Shown here piece after piece: positions 42,479 through 52,800 of a DNA stretch of 64,000 nucleotides. The notes under the pieces were generated by a model. That model saw only the letters and a list, made by a program, of their open reading frames with translations. It ran no database searches and was not told the DNA's origin. Source of the stretch: Gemmatimonadales bacterium. Lineage in GTDB: Bacteria > Gemmatimonadota > Gemmatimonadetes > Gemmatimonadales > GWC2-71-9. Within the stretch, counting starts at the first letter, position 1. Each line of letters starts with the position of its first letter. Both the position numbers and the translations under genes were made by a program. The stretch lies in contig JBBDNM010000063.1 of the NCBI GenBank assembly GCA_040877595.1, forward strand, positions 6,735 to 70,734, read 5' to 3'.

Positions 42479-42955
42479 GTGAGCCGGAGTCTGAACAAGG
42501 CCACCCTCATCGGGAATCTCGGGGCGGATCCGGAAGTCCGGAGCACCGCAAACGGGACCAAGGTGGCCACGCTGTCGGTGGCAACGAGCCGGCAGTGGAC
42601 CACGCCGGGCGGTGAACGGCAGGAAAAGACGGAGTGGCATCGGGTGGTGCTGTGGAACAACCAGAAGGGCGGCTTGGCCGACATTGCGGAGAAGTTCCTC
42701 CACAAGGGCGACAAGGTGTATGTCGAAGGCCGCATTGAGTACCGCACGTGGGAGGATAAGGAGGGGAACACGCGATACACCACCGAGATCAATGCCCGGG
42801 AACTGCTGATGTTGTCCGGGCGCGGTGGGGTGAGTGACGATGCGCCGGCCCCGCGTGCTCGCGCGGCGCAGGCAGTGGTGGCGGAGACCAAGGCGGAGTC
42901 GTACGACGACTTCCCGGAGGCCCTTGATGACGAGGACGACGATCTCCCGTTCTAG
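42479..42955 (+). CDS. ssb: single-stranded DNA-binding protein
   Basis: LNKATLIGNLGADPEVR...TEWHRVVLW (OB fold) and an acidic tip ending DDDLPF. Confidence 0.96.
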   Translation: MSRSLNKATLIGNLGADPEVRSTANGTKVATLSVATSRQWTTPGGERQEKTEWHRVVLWNNQKGGLADIAEKFLHKGDKVYVEGRIEYRTWEDKEGNTRYTTEINARELLMLSGRGGVSDDAPAPRARAAQAVVAETKAESYDDFPEALDDEDDDLPF

Positions 42956-44120
42956 GATCGTCCTGGTGGCGGCGGCCGCGCTCATGGCGTGGCCGCTCGC
43001 CGCTCAGGACACGACGCAGGCGCGTCCCTCGCGCCACATCGTCCAGGCGGGCGAGACCCTGTGGAGTCTCGCCCAGTTGTACTTGGGCGACCCCTTCCTG
43101 TGGCCTGAGATTTATCGGCTCAACACCCTGATCATCGAGGATCCGCACTGGATCTTCCCGGGCGAGGAGCTGTTGCTGGCGGCCGCCGACCAGACCGCCG
43201 CACCCATTACCGTCGCGCCCGCAGACTCCACACCCCCGCCGGTCATGCCGCGGGACACGGTGGCCGCAGGCGATCAGGCCCAACAGCGGCCGGTGCTGCC
43301 CGGCGCAGCGCCCGAGCTGGCCCCGCCCCCGCCCCCCCCGCCCGCGCAGCTGAACACACCGACCGTGTTCGCGCGTCGTGCGGCGGATCGTACATCGGGT
43401 CTGAGCGACATATCCGCCACGTTCCCCTATCGTGCCGTGCGTCGCGGGGATTTCTACGCCTCAGGGTTCCTGACCGAGGGCGAAGATCTGCCCTGGGCGC
43501 GAGTCCTTGGATCGGCGAGTCGCGGGCGCGGCATTCCCCGTGCCGGATCATCCTCGGCCATACAGTTCGAGAGCATCCTGTTGCGGGCGCCCGAAGGCGC
43601 AACGTACCACGTTGGCGACTCGGTGCTGACCGCGCAGCTGGGTCCCCAGGTGCCACAGTGGGGCCGCATTGTGATCCCGACCGGGATTGCCCGGGTGGTC
43701 ACCGTGGCCGGCAGGGACATCGAAGCGGAAGTGGTCAGCCAGTTCCAGCGGGTGGCCGACAATCAGGTGGCCCTGCCGATCGAGCCGTTCCGTGATCCCG
43801 GCGCGCGGCGGCCGGTCGCGATCGAAGATGGCATCATGGCTGAAGTCATCACGAACCGGGATGGCAACCCGCTCGACATGCAGCAGGGCATCGTGTTCCT
43901 GAACCGTGGCCGCGCTGATGGCGTGGTCCCTGGTGATCAATTCGAAATCCTGCGTCCGACGGACGCCAATCGGCCGGAAGGCGCGCCGCCCGAAGCGTTG
44001 GGCTTGCTCCAGATCGTGCACGTGCGCGAAGGCTCGAGCAGCGGGATGCTGCTGCAGGTGTACGGTGCCGGCATACGTGCCGGTATCCCGGCGCGGCTCA
44101 TCCGCAAGATGCCGAGCTGA
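42927..44120 (+). CDS. LysM domain-containing exported protein
   Basis: ATG 42927. It has the signal peptide RIVLVAAAALMAWPLAAQ and a LysM motif HIVQAGETLWSLAQLYLGDPFLWPEIYRLN. The remainder is unassigned. Confidence 0.75.
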   Translation: MTRTTISRSRIVLVAAAALMAWPLAAQDTTQARPSRHIVQAGETLWSLAQLYLGDPFLWPEIYRLNTLIIEDPHWIFPGEELLLAAADQTAAPITVAPADSTPPPVMPRDTVAAGDQAQQRPVLPGAAPELAPPPPPPPAQLNTPTVFARRAADRTSGLSDISATFPYRAVRRGDFYASGFLTEGEDLPWARVLGSASRGRGIPRAGSSSAIQFESILLRAPEGATYHVGDSVLTAQLGPQVPQWGRIVIPTGIARVVTVAGRDIEAEVVSQFQRVADNQVALPIEPFRDPGARRPVAIEDGIMAEVITNRDGNPLDMQQGIVFLNRGRADGVVPGDQFEILRPTDANRPEGAPPEALGLLQIVHVREGSSSGMLLQVYGAGIRAGIPARLIRKMPS

Positions 44121-44140
44121 GCGCGGCACGTGCCGCGCTC
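44119..44140. repeat. perfect 22-nt palindrome GAGCGCGGCAC|GTGCCGCGCTC overlapping the LysM-gene stop codon
   Basis: I read this directly from the sequence. It could form a 9-bp GC-rich stem with an ACGU loop, or act as a dyad-symmetric binding site. Confidence 0.7.
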
Positions 44141-44146
44141 TCGGAG

Positions 44147-44189
44147 CGGCGCCGGGCGATCCAAGCAGGACGGACCGCCGGCGCCGTTT
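44147..44189 (+). terminator. candidate intrinsic terminator
   Basis: CGGCGCCGGGCG (44147-44158) pairs with CGCCGGCGCCG (44176-44186) with one bulge, followed by TTT. It lies between the LysM gene and the galE-like gene. Confidence 0.45.
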
Positions 44190-44217
44190 CACTACTACCA
44201 ACTCCTGACGAGTTGAG

Positions 44218-45165
44218 ATGACGCAGCGCGTACTGCTGACCGGCGGGGCCGGTTTCATTGGATCGCATGTCGCCGAGCAGTATCTGGCGGCGGGTTGGGA
44301 GGTGACCATCGTGGACAACCTGTCGTCCGGACGGCGCGAGAACCTTCCCGCCAAGGCCACCTTCGTGCACGACGATATCGGGTCTCCGGTGGTGCGGGCC
44401 CTGCTTGCCTCGGGTGGCTTCACGGTCGTCAACCACCACGCCGCCCAGATGGATGTCCGTGTGTCGGTCGAGCGTCCGGACTTCGACGCGCAGGTGAATC
44501 TCCTCGGGTTGCTCAACCTGCTCGAAGGCGCGCGGGCCGGTGGGGTGCCGCGGGTGGTGTTCGCGTCGTCGGGCGGCGTGGTATACGGCGAGAGCGACGC
44601 CCTGCCGCACGCCGAGGGTGCGCGCAAGCTGCCCGTGTCGCCGTACGGGGTGAGCAAGCTGGCCTCCGAGTTCTACCTTGCCGCGTACGCCCAGATGTAC
44701 GGCCTCGAAACCGTCGCGCTGCGGTATGCCAACGTGTACGGCCCCCGCCAGAATCCGCATGGCGAGGCGGGAGTCGTCGCCATCTTCTGCAACCGGCTCC
44801 GGCGCGGTTCCCCGATCACGGTGTACGGCGACGGAGCGCAAACACGGGACTACGTCCATGTCGGCGATGTCGCGCGCGCCAACGTGCTGGCAGCGACCTG
44901 TCCGGTGCGTCCGGTGTATGAACTGGACGATCGGGCCCTGAACATCGGGACCGGCGTGGAGACGAGCGTGCTGGGCCTCGCAGGGGCCTTGATGACCGCG
45001 AGCGGTGTGCGGGTGCCGGTGACCCATGCGGCCGCGCGGACCGGCGAACTGGCGCGCAGTGCGGTCGCCATTGACCGAGCCGCCGACTGGCTCGACTGGC
45101 GGCCGGAATGCACCTTGGCCACGGGACTCGAAGCCACGTGGCGCTGGATCACGACGGAGGCGTAA
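44218..45165 (+). CDS. NAD-dependent epimerase (UDP-glucose 4-epimerase family)
   Basis: VLLTGGAGFIGSHVAEQYL, YGVSKLASE (YxxxK) and LRYANVYGPRQNPHGEAGVVAIF. Confidence 0.8.
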   Translation: MTQRVLLTGGAGFIGSHVAEQYLAAGWEVTIVDNLSSGRRENLPAKATFVHDDIGSPVVRALLASGGFTVVNHHAAQMDVRVSVERPDFDAQVNLLGLLNLLEGARAGGVPRVVFASSGGVVYGESDALPHAEGARKLPVSPYGVSKLASEFYLAAYAQMYGLETVALRYANVYGPRQNPHGEAGVVAIFCNRLRRGSPITVYGDGAQTRDYVHVGDVARANVLAATCPVRPVYELDDRALNIGTGVETSVLGLAGALMTASGVRVPVTHAAARTGELARSAVAIDRAADWLDWRPECTLATGLEATWRWITTEA

Positions 45166-45872
45166 TGCTGCAGATTGGCGGGGCCCTCCCCACCACGCCG
45201 TGGGAACTGGTGACCACCTCGACCACTGCCACCAAAGTGGTGCTGGGCGTGCTGGTCCTGTTCTCGCTGTTCTCGTGGTTCCTGATCGTGCTGAAATGGT
45301 GGCAGTTCCGGCGCGTCCGGCGCGAAGGCGACCGGTTCTTTACGACACTCGAACGCACGGAGCGCCTGGAAGACGCCTACCACGCGGTCATGAAGCTGCC
45401 GCCGTCGCCGTACGGGCGATTGTTGCGTGAGGGCGTCAACTTCTTTTCCGAGCTGCGCCCCGGCGCGCTGCGAGCCGGGGGGGCCGAGGGCGGCACACTC
45501 ACCATGACCCAACTGGAGGCCCTGCGCATGGTGCTGGCCAAGGAGGTGGGTGGCGAGCGGGATGCGATGGCGCGGTTCCTGCCCTGGCTGGCCACGATCG
45601 GCGCGGTGAGCCCGCTGCTCGGTCTGCTCGGCACGGTGCTCGGCGTGATGAACGCGTTCCTCGGCATTGCCTCCGGGGGATCGGGCAACATTGCTGCCGT
45701 GGCCCCCGGCGTGGCGGAAGCCCTGATCACCACGGTGGTCGGCTTGTCCGTCGCCATCCCGGCGGTGATTGCGTACAACATCCTGGTCAACCGTCTCGGT
45801 CTGTTCGCTGGCGAACTCGAGGGCTTCGGGCAGGAGATCGTCGGGACACTGGCTCGCGAGGGGCGGCTGTAA
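45165..45872 (+). CDS. tolQ: MotA/TolQ/ExbB proton-channel protein (TolQ by context)
   Basis: It has three transmembrane segments and the conserved LATIGAVSPLLGLLGTVLGVMNAF...APGVAEALITTVVGLSVAIPA. Confidence 0.85.
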   Translation: MLQIGGALPTTPWELVTTSTTATKVVLGVLVLFSLFSWFLIVLKWWQFRRVRREGDRFFTTLERTERLEDAYHAVMKLPPSPYGRLLREGVNFFSELRPGALRAGGAEGGTLTMTQLEALRMVLAKEVGGERDAMARFLPWLATIGAVSPLLGLLGTVLGVMNAFLGIASGGSGNIAAVAPGVAEALITTVVGLSVAIPAVIAYNILVNRLGLFAGELEGFGQEIVGTLAREGRL

Positions 45873-45873
45873 G

Positions 45874-46311
45874 ATGGCGGCGGGCCAGCTCCAGCGCGGC
45901 GGTCTGCGGGACCATGGGGAGCTCCCGCTCATGGCAGACATCAACGTCACGTCGCTCGTGGATGTGGCGTTCGTGCTGCTCATCATTTTCATGATCACCG
46001 CGCCCATCATGCAGGGCGGCGTGGACGTGCAGTTGCCCCGGGCGGAAGCGCGGCCGCTGCAACCGCGCGAGGGTCTCGTGGTCACGGTGGACCAGCAGGG
46101 ACGCATCTTCGTGGACGAGACCTCATTCAGTTATCAGGACTTCCGTGTCGCGTTCCCGGCGCTGGTGAGCTCACGGCGGCCGAGTGGCGTGTACCTGCGA
46201 GCCGATCGCCGCGCGGAGTACGGCGTCGTGGTCCAGGTGCTGGCGATCATGCGTCAGGCCGGGGTCGACAACGTTGGGCTGGTGGCCGAAGCCGAGGAGA
46301 TTCGCCGGTGA
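45874..46311 (+). CDS. tolR: ExbD/TolR biopolymer transport protein (TolR by context)
   Basis: ADINVTSLVDVAFVLLIIFMITAP...VDVQLP. Confidence 0.85.
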   Translation: MAAGQLQRGGLRDHGELPLMADINVTSLVDVAFVLLIIFMITAPIMQGGVDVQLPRAEARPLQPREGLVVTVDQQGRIFVDETSFSYQDFRVAFPALVSSRRPSGVYLRADRRAEYGVVVQVLAIMRQAGVDNVGLVAEAEEIRR

Positions 46312-47003
46312 TCGACGTGTCGCGGCGACGGGCCGGACAGCGCCGCGCCCCCGGGCGCGGGTTGGCCGCCACGGGCACGCTCATGGTGCATGTGGGGGTC
46401 GCGGCCATGCTCACCGGTTTGCCTGAGCGCGAGGCCGCGCCGCCCCCGGTGTATCAGGTCAACCTGGTGGCCGCGCCGCGGCCCGAGCCGCAGGCGCGCC
46501 GCGCGCCCGAAACGGTAGACCGTCCGGCGGAGCAGGCGGTGCCCATTGCGCCGCGCCCCCGTCCGACTCCGGCGGTCCCCACGCCCCCCCCGGCGGCCCA
46601 GCCGGACGTGCGACGCGAGCCGGCCCCGCGCACCACCACGCCGGCGGAGCCGTTGCCTCAGGAGGCTCCTGCGACAGGCAGCGACGTGGCCACCGTGCGT
46701 ACCGACGGGTTGGAGTTCGCGTACCCGGAGTACCTGCGGAACATCACGACCCAGATTTATCGGCGTTGGAATCGTCCCACGGGTAACCAGCCCTTCCAGG
46801 CGGAGATCCAGTTCCTGCTGCATCGGGACGGTTCGATCTCGAGTCTGCGTTTTATTCGTCGGTCGGGCAATTTCGGGTTTGACCTCGAAGCGCAGGGCGC
46901 CATCGAGGCGGCCGGCAACCAGGGGGCCTTCGGTCCCCTGCCTGAGGGCTATCCGGCGGATGTGTTGCCCGTGAACTTCTTCTTCGACCCACAACGCCGC
47001 TGA
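46308..47003 (+). CDS. TonB/TolA-family energy transducer (TolA-position protein with TonB_C-like domain)
   Basis: It has an N-terminal anchor, a Pro-rich linker (PRPRPTPAVPTPPPAAQP) and a C-terminal domain YPEYLRN...GSISSLRFIRRSGNFGFDLEAQGAIE. Confidence 0.75.
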   Translation: MIDVSRRRAGQRRAPGRGLAATGTLMVHVGVAAMLTGLPEREAAPPPVYQVNLVAAPRPEPQARRAPETVDRPAEQAVPIAPRPRPTPAVPTPPPAAQPDVRREPAPRTTTPAEPLPQEAPATGSDVATVRTDGLEFAYPEYLRNITTQIYRRWNRPTGNQPFQAEIQFLLHRDGSISSLRFIRRSGNFGFDLEAQGAIEAAGNQGAFGPLPEGYPADVLPVNFFFDPQRR

Positions 47004-48325
47004 TGACGTTGGCGCGCCTGACGATGGGCTTGTCCTGCCTGCTCGTGTCCCCCTTCACCCTTGCGGCCCAGGATACGACACAGGCCGCAGGTGGGGTGCG
47101 CGTCGGCATTACCTACACACCCGGCGTGCGTCCCGGGGTGCTCGTGTTGGGTGGCCCGCGCGACGTGCGGCTCGATTCGGTACGGGCCATTCTCGCGCGC
47201 GACCTCGAATACTCCGACCGATTCGAGTTGATCTCGCTGCCCTCGGGAGACAGCCTCGGGCTGGGTCTCGGTGGGGCCAACCGGCCGGACTACGTGAACT
47301 ATCCGTTGTACGCGGCCCTGGGCGCGGACTGGGCGGTGGCGGCCGAGGCGGCCAACGAGTCGCTGGTGCGGGTGCGGGTGTTCGACGTGGGTGGCCAGGC
47401 CGTGCGTCGGGAGGTGACCATCGGCGTATCCGACATTGGCGACGCCAACTTCCGGCTGCTGGTGCACCGCACGGCCGATGAGATCGTGCGTGCCGTGTCG
47501 GGGACCCCGGGCGTCGCGGCCACCCGCCTGTTGCTGCTGCAGCGCGGCCGACTGTACACGGTGGACAGCGACGGTGCCGGGCTCATGCCCATTTCGCCCG
47601 CCAACACGCGGGCCCTCTCCTCGGCGTGGGGACCACGCGGCCAGCGCCTGGTGTACATGGAGTTCGGGGCCGATGATGGCGCGCGGCTGTGGATCATGGA
47701 CCCGGTCACCGGCGAGCGACGGGCCGTGCCGCCGACGTCCGAAGGACTCAACTTTGCCATGGCGTTTTCGCCAGACGGCACGCAACTCGCGTTCAGCCGT
47801 GCCAATGACGAAGGGACCGATATCCTGGTGTGGAATGTGGAGCGCACCTGCTGCCTGCAGCGGCTGACCGTGGGGCGGTTTTCGGATAACCTGAGCCCGA
47901 CGTATAGCCCGGATGGGCGTCGGATCGCGTTCGTCTCCACGCGCGCGGGGGCGCCGCAGATTTACGTGATGGAGGCCGATGGCACGGGTCAGGAATTGTT
48001 CGCGCCATTTGACTACGGCGTCACCGGTACGTCCAACGCGCCGGATTGGTCGCCGGACGGCCAGCACATCGCCTTTCATCGCGATGTCGCAGGGGCACCA
48101 CAGATCTTCGTGATGGACGTGCGGACGCGGACCGTGCGGCAGTTGACGAGCTTGGGCCGCAACGAAGACCCGACCTGGGCGCCGGATGGGCGACACCTGG
48201 CCTTCGTGTCTGACCGGACGGGCAACCGTCAGATCTGGATCATTGACCTGGACACGGGTCGCGTGCGACAACTCACCCGTTTGGGTGAGGCCCGGCTCCC
48301 GGCTTGGAGTCCCCGGATTGACTAG
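47003..48325 (+). CDS. tolB: Tol-Pal system beta-propeller protein TolB
   Basis: It has a signal peptide and repeated propeller blades (SPDGTQLAFS, SPDGRRIAFVS, SPDGQHIAFH, APDGRHLAFVS). Confidence 0.9.
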   Translation: MTLARLTMGLSCLLVSPFTLAAQDTTQAAGGVRVGITYTPGVRPGVLVLGGPRDVRLDSVRAILARDLEYSDRFELISLPSGDSLGLGLGGANRPDYVNYPLYAALGADWAVAAEAANESLVRVRVFDVGGQAVRREVTIGVSDIGDANFRLLVHRTADEIVRAVSGTPGVAATRLLLLQRGRLYTVDSDGAGLMPISPANTRALSSAWGPRGQRLVYMEFGADDGARLWIMDPVTGERRAVPPTSEGLNFAMAFSPDGTQLAFSRANDEGTDILVWNVERTCCLQRLTVGRFSDNLSPTYSPDGRRIAFVSTRAGAPQIYVMEADGTGQELFAPFDYGVTGTSNAPDWSPDGQHIAFHRDVAGAPQIFVMDVRTRTVRQLTSLGRNEDPTWAPDGRHLAFVSDRTGNRQIWIIDLDTGRVRQLTRLGEARLPAWSPRID

Positions 48326-48403
48326 GATTCCGATTGGCTTCATGCGGCGACACGAGTATCTTTAAGACACACGTCTGGAACGCACCCAACCTGGAGCAGG
48401 CAT

Positions 48404-49033
48404 ATGTCATTTCGACTGAGTCTCATGATCGGGCTGACCGGCCTGATGGTGGCGGCGGCATGTGGCGGCGGGCAGCAGGCCCCGGTCACGCCCCAGCCGA
48501 ACCTCGACTCGATTCGGCGGGCCGATTCGATCGCCCAAGCTGCGCGCGACCGGCGCGCCGCCGAAGAGCGGGCCCGACAGGAGCGCGAGGCGGCGCGGGA
48601 GCGCCTGGAGTCGCAGCGTCGCTCGGACTCGCTTGCCGCAGCCGAAGCCGCCATGGCCCGACTGCGCGAGTCCCTGACCACGCGCATCCACTTCGACTTC
48701 GATCAGTCATCCATTCGCGCGGGCGATGCCGCAGCGCTGGATGTCAAGATCGCGATCCTCCGGGCCAACCCGAACTTGCGGATCGCCGTCGTCGGTCATG
48801 CCGACGAACGGGGCTCGGACGAGTACAACCTGGCGCTCGGCAACCGTCGTGCGCTGGCCGCGCGGGCCTATATGGTCCAGCGGGGCATCGCGGCAGACCG
48901 GATCAGCACGTCGTCGCGCGGTGAAGAGCAGCCGCTCGTGATGGGTAGCAACGAAGCCGCCTGGGCGCAGAACCGGCGTGCCGAGTTCACCATCACGGCC
49001 GGTGGCGAGCGTCTCGTCGCCCCCGGGATGTGA
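48404..49033 (+). CDS. pal: peptidoglycan-associated lipoprotein Pal (OmpA-family)
   Basis: It has the lipobox LMVAAACGG and an OmpA-like domain IHFDFDQSSIR...VVGHADERGSDEYNLALGNRRA. Confidence 0.9.
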   Translation: MSFRLSLMIGLTGLMVAAACGGGQQAPVTPQPNLDSIRRADSIAQAARDRRAAEERARQEREAARERLESQRRSDSLAAAEAAMARLRESLTTRIHFDFDQSSIRAGDAAALDVKIAILRANPNLRIAVVGHADERGSDEYNLALGNRRALAARAYMVQRGIAADRISTSSRGEEQPLVMGSNEAAWAQNRRAEFTITAGGERLVAPGM

Positions 49034-49806
49034 TCAGGCAGTTCGTTCCTCTCGCGGCGGCCGTCGTCCTGAGCGGATGTGCGCTCAAGGGCGACGTCCG
49101 CCGCGTTGAACGAGCAGTCGCCTCCTTGCGGGGCGAATCGGCCCGCGCGGATTCCGTGCGGGCCGTTGAGGTGGAACGCCTCATTACGCTGGTGGCGGCC
49201 CTGCACGATTCCCTGGGGCTCCAGCAGCGCCGCTTGGCCGAGGCGCTGCAGCTCCAGCAGGGCGCGGTGCAGGCCGAACTGCTGGAAGTGCAACGGCAGT
49301 TGGTGCAGCTCCAGGAACTCACCGGCCAGAGCCAGCAGCGCCTGTCGGAACTGCGCCGCCAGCTTGAACAACGGGCACAGCAACCGGTCCCCGTGGAGCA
49401 GGCGGGGGGCCAGTCGGCCGGAGCCGGCGGACCCGGGCCGACGGAAATGTTTGAACTCTCCCTGCAGCAGTTGCGGCGGGGCAGCCCGTCCACCGCGCGG
49501 GCTGGATTCCGGATGTTCCTCGAGCAGCACCCCACGCACGACCGCGTCGTGGACGCCGTGTTCTTCATCGGTGAATCCTGGGGCGCGGCCCAGCCGGACA
49601 GCGCGGCACCGATGTACGAGCGGGTGGCCCGTGATTGGCCCGACTCCCCGCGGGCGCCGTCGGCCCTCTACAAGCTTGGCCTGCTGGCCGAGCAGCGGGG
49701 TGATGCGGCGCAGGCCCGGACGTTCTTCCAGCGAGTGCTGAGCGGCTATCCGCGCTCAGAAGAAGCCGCGCTGGCCCGCGACCGACTCGGCGCCAACCAG
49801 GAATAG
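49030..49806 (+). CDS. cpoB: Tol-Pal associated protein CpoB/YbgF
   Basis: It has a signal/lipobox (VVLSGCAL), a coiled-coil with Gln/Leu repeats, and a C-terminal TPR region (SALYKLGLLAEQRGDAAQARTFFQRVLSGYPRSEEA). Confidence 0.8.
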   Translation: MIRQFVPLAAAVVLSGCALKGDVRRVERAVASLRGESARADSVRAVEVERLITLVAALHDSLGLQQRRLAEALQLQQGAVQAELLEVQRQLVQLQELTGQSQQRLSELRRQLEQRAQQPVPVEQAGGQSAGAGGPGPTEMFELSLQQLRRGSPSTARAGFRMFLEQHPTHDRVVDAVFFIGESWGAAQPDSAAPMYERVARDWPDSPRAPSALYKLGLLAEQRGDAAQARTFFQRVLSGYPRSEEAALARDRLGANQE

Positions 49807-49823
49807 GGCGCGAGCCGCCGTCC

Positions 49824-52800
49824 ATGGCTCGCCGCACCCAGCCTCCCGCGGGCGAAATGCCGTTCCTCGAGCATCTCGAGGAACTGCGGTGGCGCATCCT
49901 GTGGAGCATGATCGCCGTGGTGCTGGGAACGGCGCTGGGCTACTTCCTGGTGCAGCACTTCGACGTCATCGGCCTGCTCAAGCGACCCATCGAGCCCTTC
50001 CTGCCGACCGGTCGCCTCATGGTGACCCGGCCCGCCGACGCGTTTCTCATCACGCTCAAATTGTCGGTGGTGATCGGGATCGTGGTGGGTCTCCCGGTGA
50101 TCATCTGGCATCTGTGGCGGTTCCTGGCGCCCGCCCTGTACGAGCGGGAGCGCCGGTTCATGGTGCCGACGTTGTTCGCCGGGCTCATCCTGTTCGTCAC
50201 GGGCGTGGTGATCGCCTACCGCTGGGTGTTGCCGGCAGCGCTGCGGATCCTGCTCGGCTTCGCCTCAGATGATCTGGAGACGCTGATCACGGCGGATGCC
50301 TACTTCACGTTCGCGGCGCAGTTGATCCTGGCGTTCGGGGCGATGTTCGAGCTGCCGCTGGTCATCGTCCTGCTGGCCGCCACCGGGTTGGTGTCGCCCG
50401 ATTTCTTCCGCAAGCATCGGCCCATCGCGGTCGTCATCGCGGCGATCGTGGCGGCGTTTTTGACGCCCCCGGACCCACTGTCCATGATGATGATGCTGGG
50501 GCCCCTGATGCTGCTGTACGAAGGGGGTATCCTGGTGGCCCGGTTGGTGTGGCGATCGAAGCGTGAGGCGACCATCGGGGCCTTGCTGGTATTCGGGTTC
50601 CTGACCTTCGGGGCCGGGGACGCGGCGGCCCAACGCGACAGCCTGCCGCCTCGGGGCGAACGCCGGCCTGCCGTGGCGCAGGATACGGCCACCGCGCGGG
50701 GCCAGCCGATGGACACCGCCGCCGCCCGCCGTCTTGGTCTCCCAACCGCGCCCTCCCGCTCGTTTCCCGCCGAAGATTCCGTCCTCCGCCAGTTGATGGC
50801 CCTCGCCGGGTTCAAGGCGACCCGCTATGCGTCGGACAGTCTGGTGTTCCACGCGGACTCGCAGGCCATTCAGCTGAGGGGGCACGCCTTGATCGAGCAG
50901 GAAGGCGCCATGCTCGAAGCGGACTCGGTGGACTTCCGCCAGAACGCGTGTCGGCTCGACGCTGCCGGGCATCCGACCTTGTTCCAGGAAGGCACGGTCC
51001 TTGTCGGGCGGCGCATGTACTACGACACGTGCGCGCGGATCGGCTACGTCGGGGAAGCGTTGACCAGTTTTGAGCAAGGGGGGGTCGAGTGGATTTTGCG
51101 GGCCGGGCAGCAACGGGGGGGGCTCTCGATTGACTCCGCTTCGGTGCGGATCTACGCCGGGCACAGCGACATCACGAGCTGCGATCTGCCCAATCCGCAT
51201 TATCACTTTGCGGCCGGCTCGGTGAAGTGGGTCAGCAACCGATTCATGGTGGCGCGACCCGCGGTCCTCTACGTGCGGGATGTCCCGATTCTCTGGTTGC
51301 CATTCATCTTCCAGGACATGCGCGTGGGGCGGCGCAGCGGCCTCCTGGCACCGCGCTTCGGCATCAACGACCTGGTGCGTACCAACCCCGGGTACCGGCG
51401 CCACTTTGCGAACATCGGGTACTACTTCGCCATCAGCGACTACGTGGACGCGCAGGCCTCCGTCGACTGGTTCGATGAGAACTACGTCCAGGTGAACGCT
51501 CAGGTGCGGTATCGCTGGCTGAACCGGTTCCTTGGGGGCGGGCTCGCGGTGTCTCGCATCTTCGAATCCGGCCGGGACGAGGTGGGGGGCAGTCGCTCGC
51601 TCCGCCTGCGATGGAATCACCGGCAGAACTTCGACCTGCAAACGTCGTTGAACGCCGAAGTGGACTACACCAACAGCGCCCGGATCATCGAGCGCAACGC
51701 CACGGACCCGCATCAGGCCACGGCCACCCTGGGCAGTACGATCAACTTCACCAAGCGATTCGCTTGGGGCAGCATGGCGCTCGGGGCAAGTCGACGCCAG
51801 GAACTGACCTCGGGTGGTGTCACCCAGGTGTTCCCGTCCTTCAGCATTACCCCCGCGTCGCTTTCCTTGTCGGAGGCCATCACCTGGTCGCCGTCGTTCA
51901 GTGTCACCAACACGCGGGCGTTCCATCAGCGCGGAGCGGTGGAGCCGTTGCCGCCGCTCCCGGGCGACAGCGTGTTGCCGGTCGACACGCTCGAGTTTGG
52001 CAGTCGGAACACCACGCTCAGCCTGGGCACGCCAATCACGATCGGTCGCTGGACCTGGACCAACAGCGTGAACGTTACGGATGTGATCCAGGATCTGCGT
52101 CAAACGCTCACGCTCGTCGACTCGGTGACAGGCGATACCACCGTCCAGACGTTCGGCTACACCTTCGCCACCGACGTGAACTGGGAGACCGGGATCAACT
52201 TGCCCATCGTGTTCGCCAATAGCTGGAAAGTGACGCCACGGCTCGGCGTGACGAACGCGACCACCGGCCCGTTGTTGTTGCGCAACCGGAATACCCGGGG
52301 CGACTTCGTGAGCCAGGGGAAACGCGTTTCGGTGGGCGCCACGCTGGCCCCGCAGCTGTTTGCGTTCTTCCCGGGGTTGGGGCCTGTCGAACGCGTGCGC
52401 CACCAGGTGTCGCCGTTCGTGACGTGGGCCTGGGCGCCGGCGGCCGATGTGCCCGAGGCGTACGCGCGAGCCGTGTCCGGACCGGGCGGGACGCCGCAAC
52501 GGCGTTCCCCCGCCCAGCAGCGCGTGAGCATCGGCCTCTCGCAGGTGCTCGAAGGCAAACTTGCCTTGCCGGCTGGTGACACGACGACGGATCCTCGGAA
52601 TGCGCCCAAGATCAAGCTCTTGAGCCTGCAGACCAGTGCCATCACGTACGATTTCGAGCAAGCGAAAGAGGAAGGGCGGACCGGATGGCAGACCCCGTCG
52701 CTCGCGAACCAGCTGACGAGCGATTTGCTGCCGGGGTTCTCTGTGTCGCTGACCCATGACCTGTGGGAAGGGGCGGTGGGCACCGATTCCGCGGTGTTCC

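Noticed and set aside
51561-51569. TTCGAATCC, resembling a tRNA T-loop
   Set aside because: It lacks the preceding GG and any acceptor or anticodon stems, and it lies inside the LptD-like coding region.
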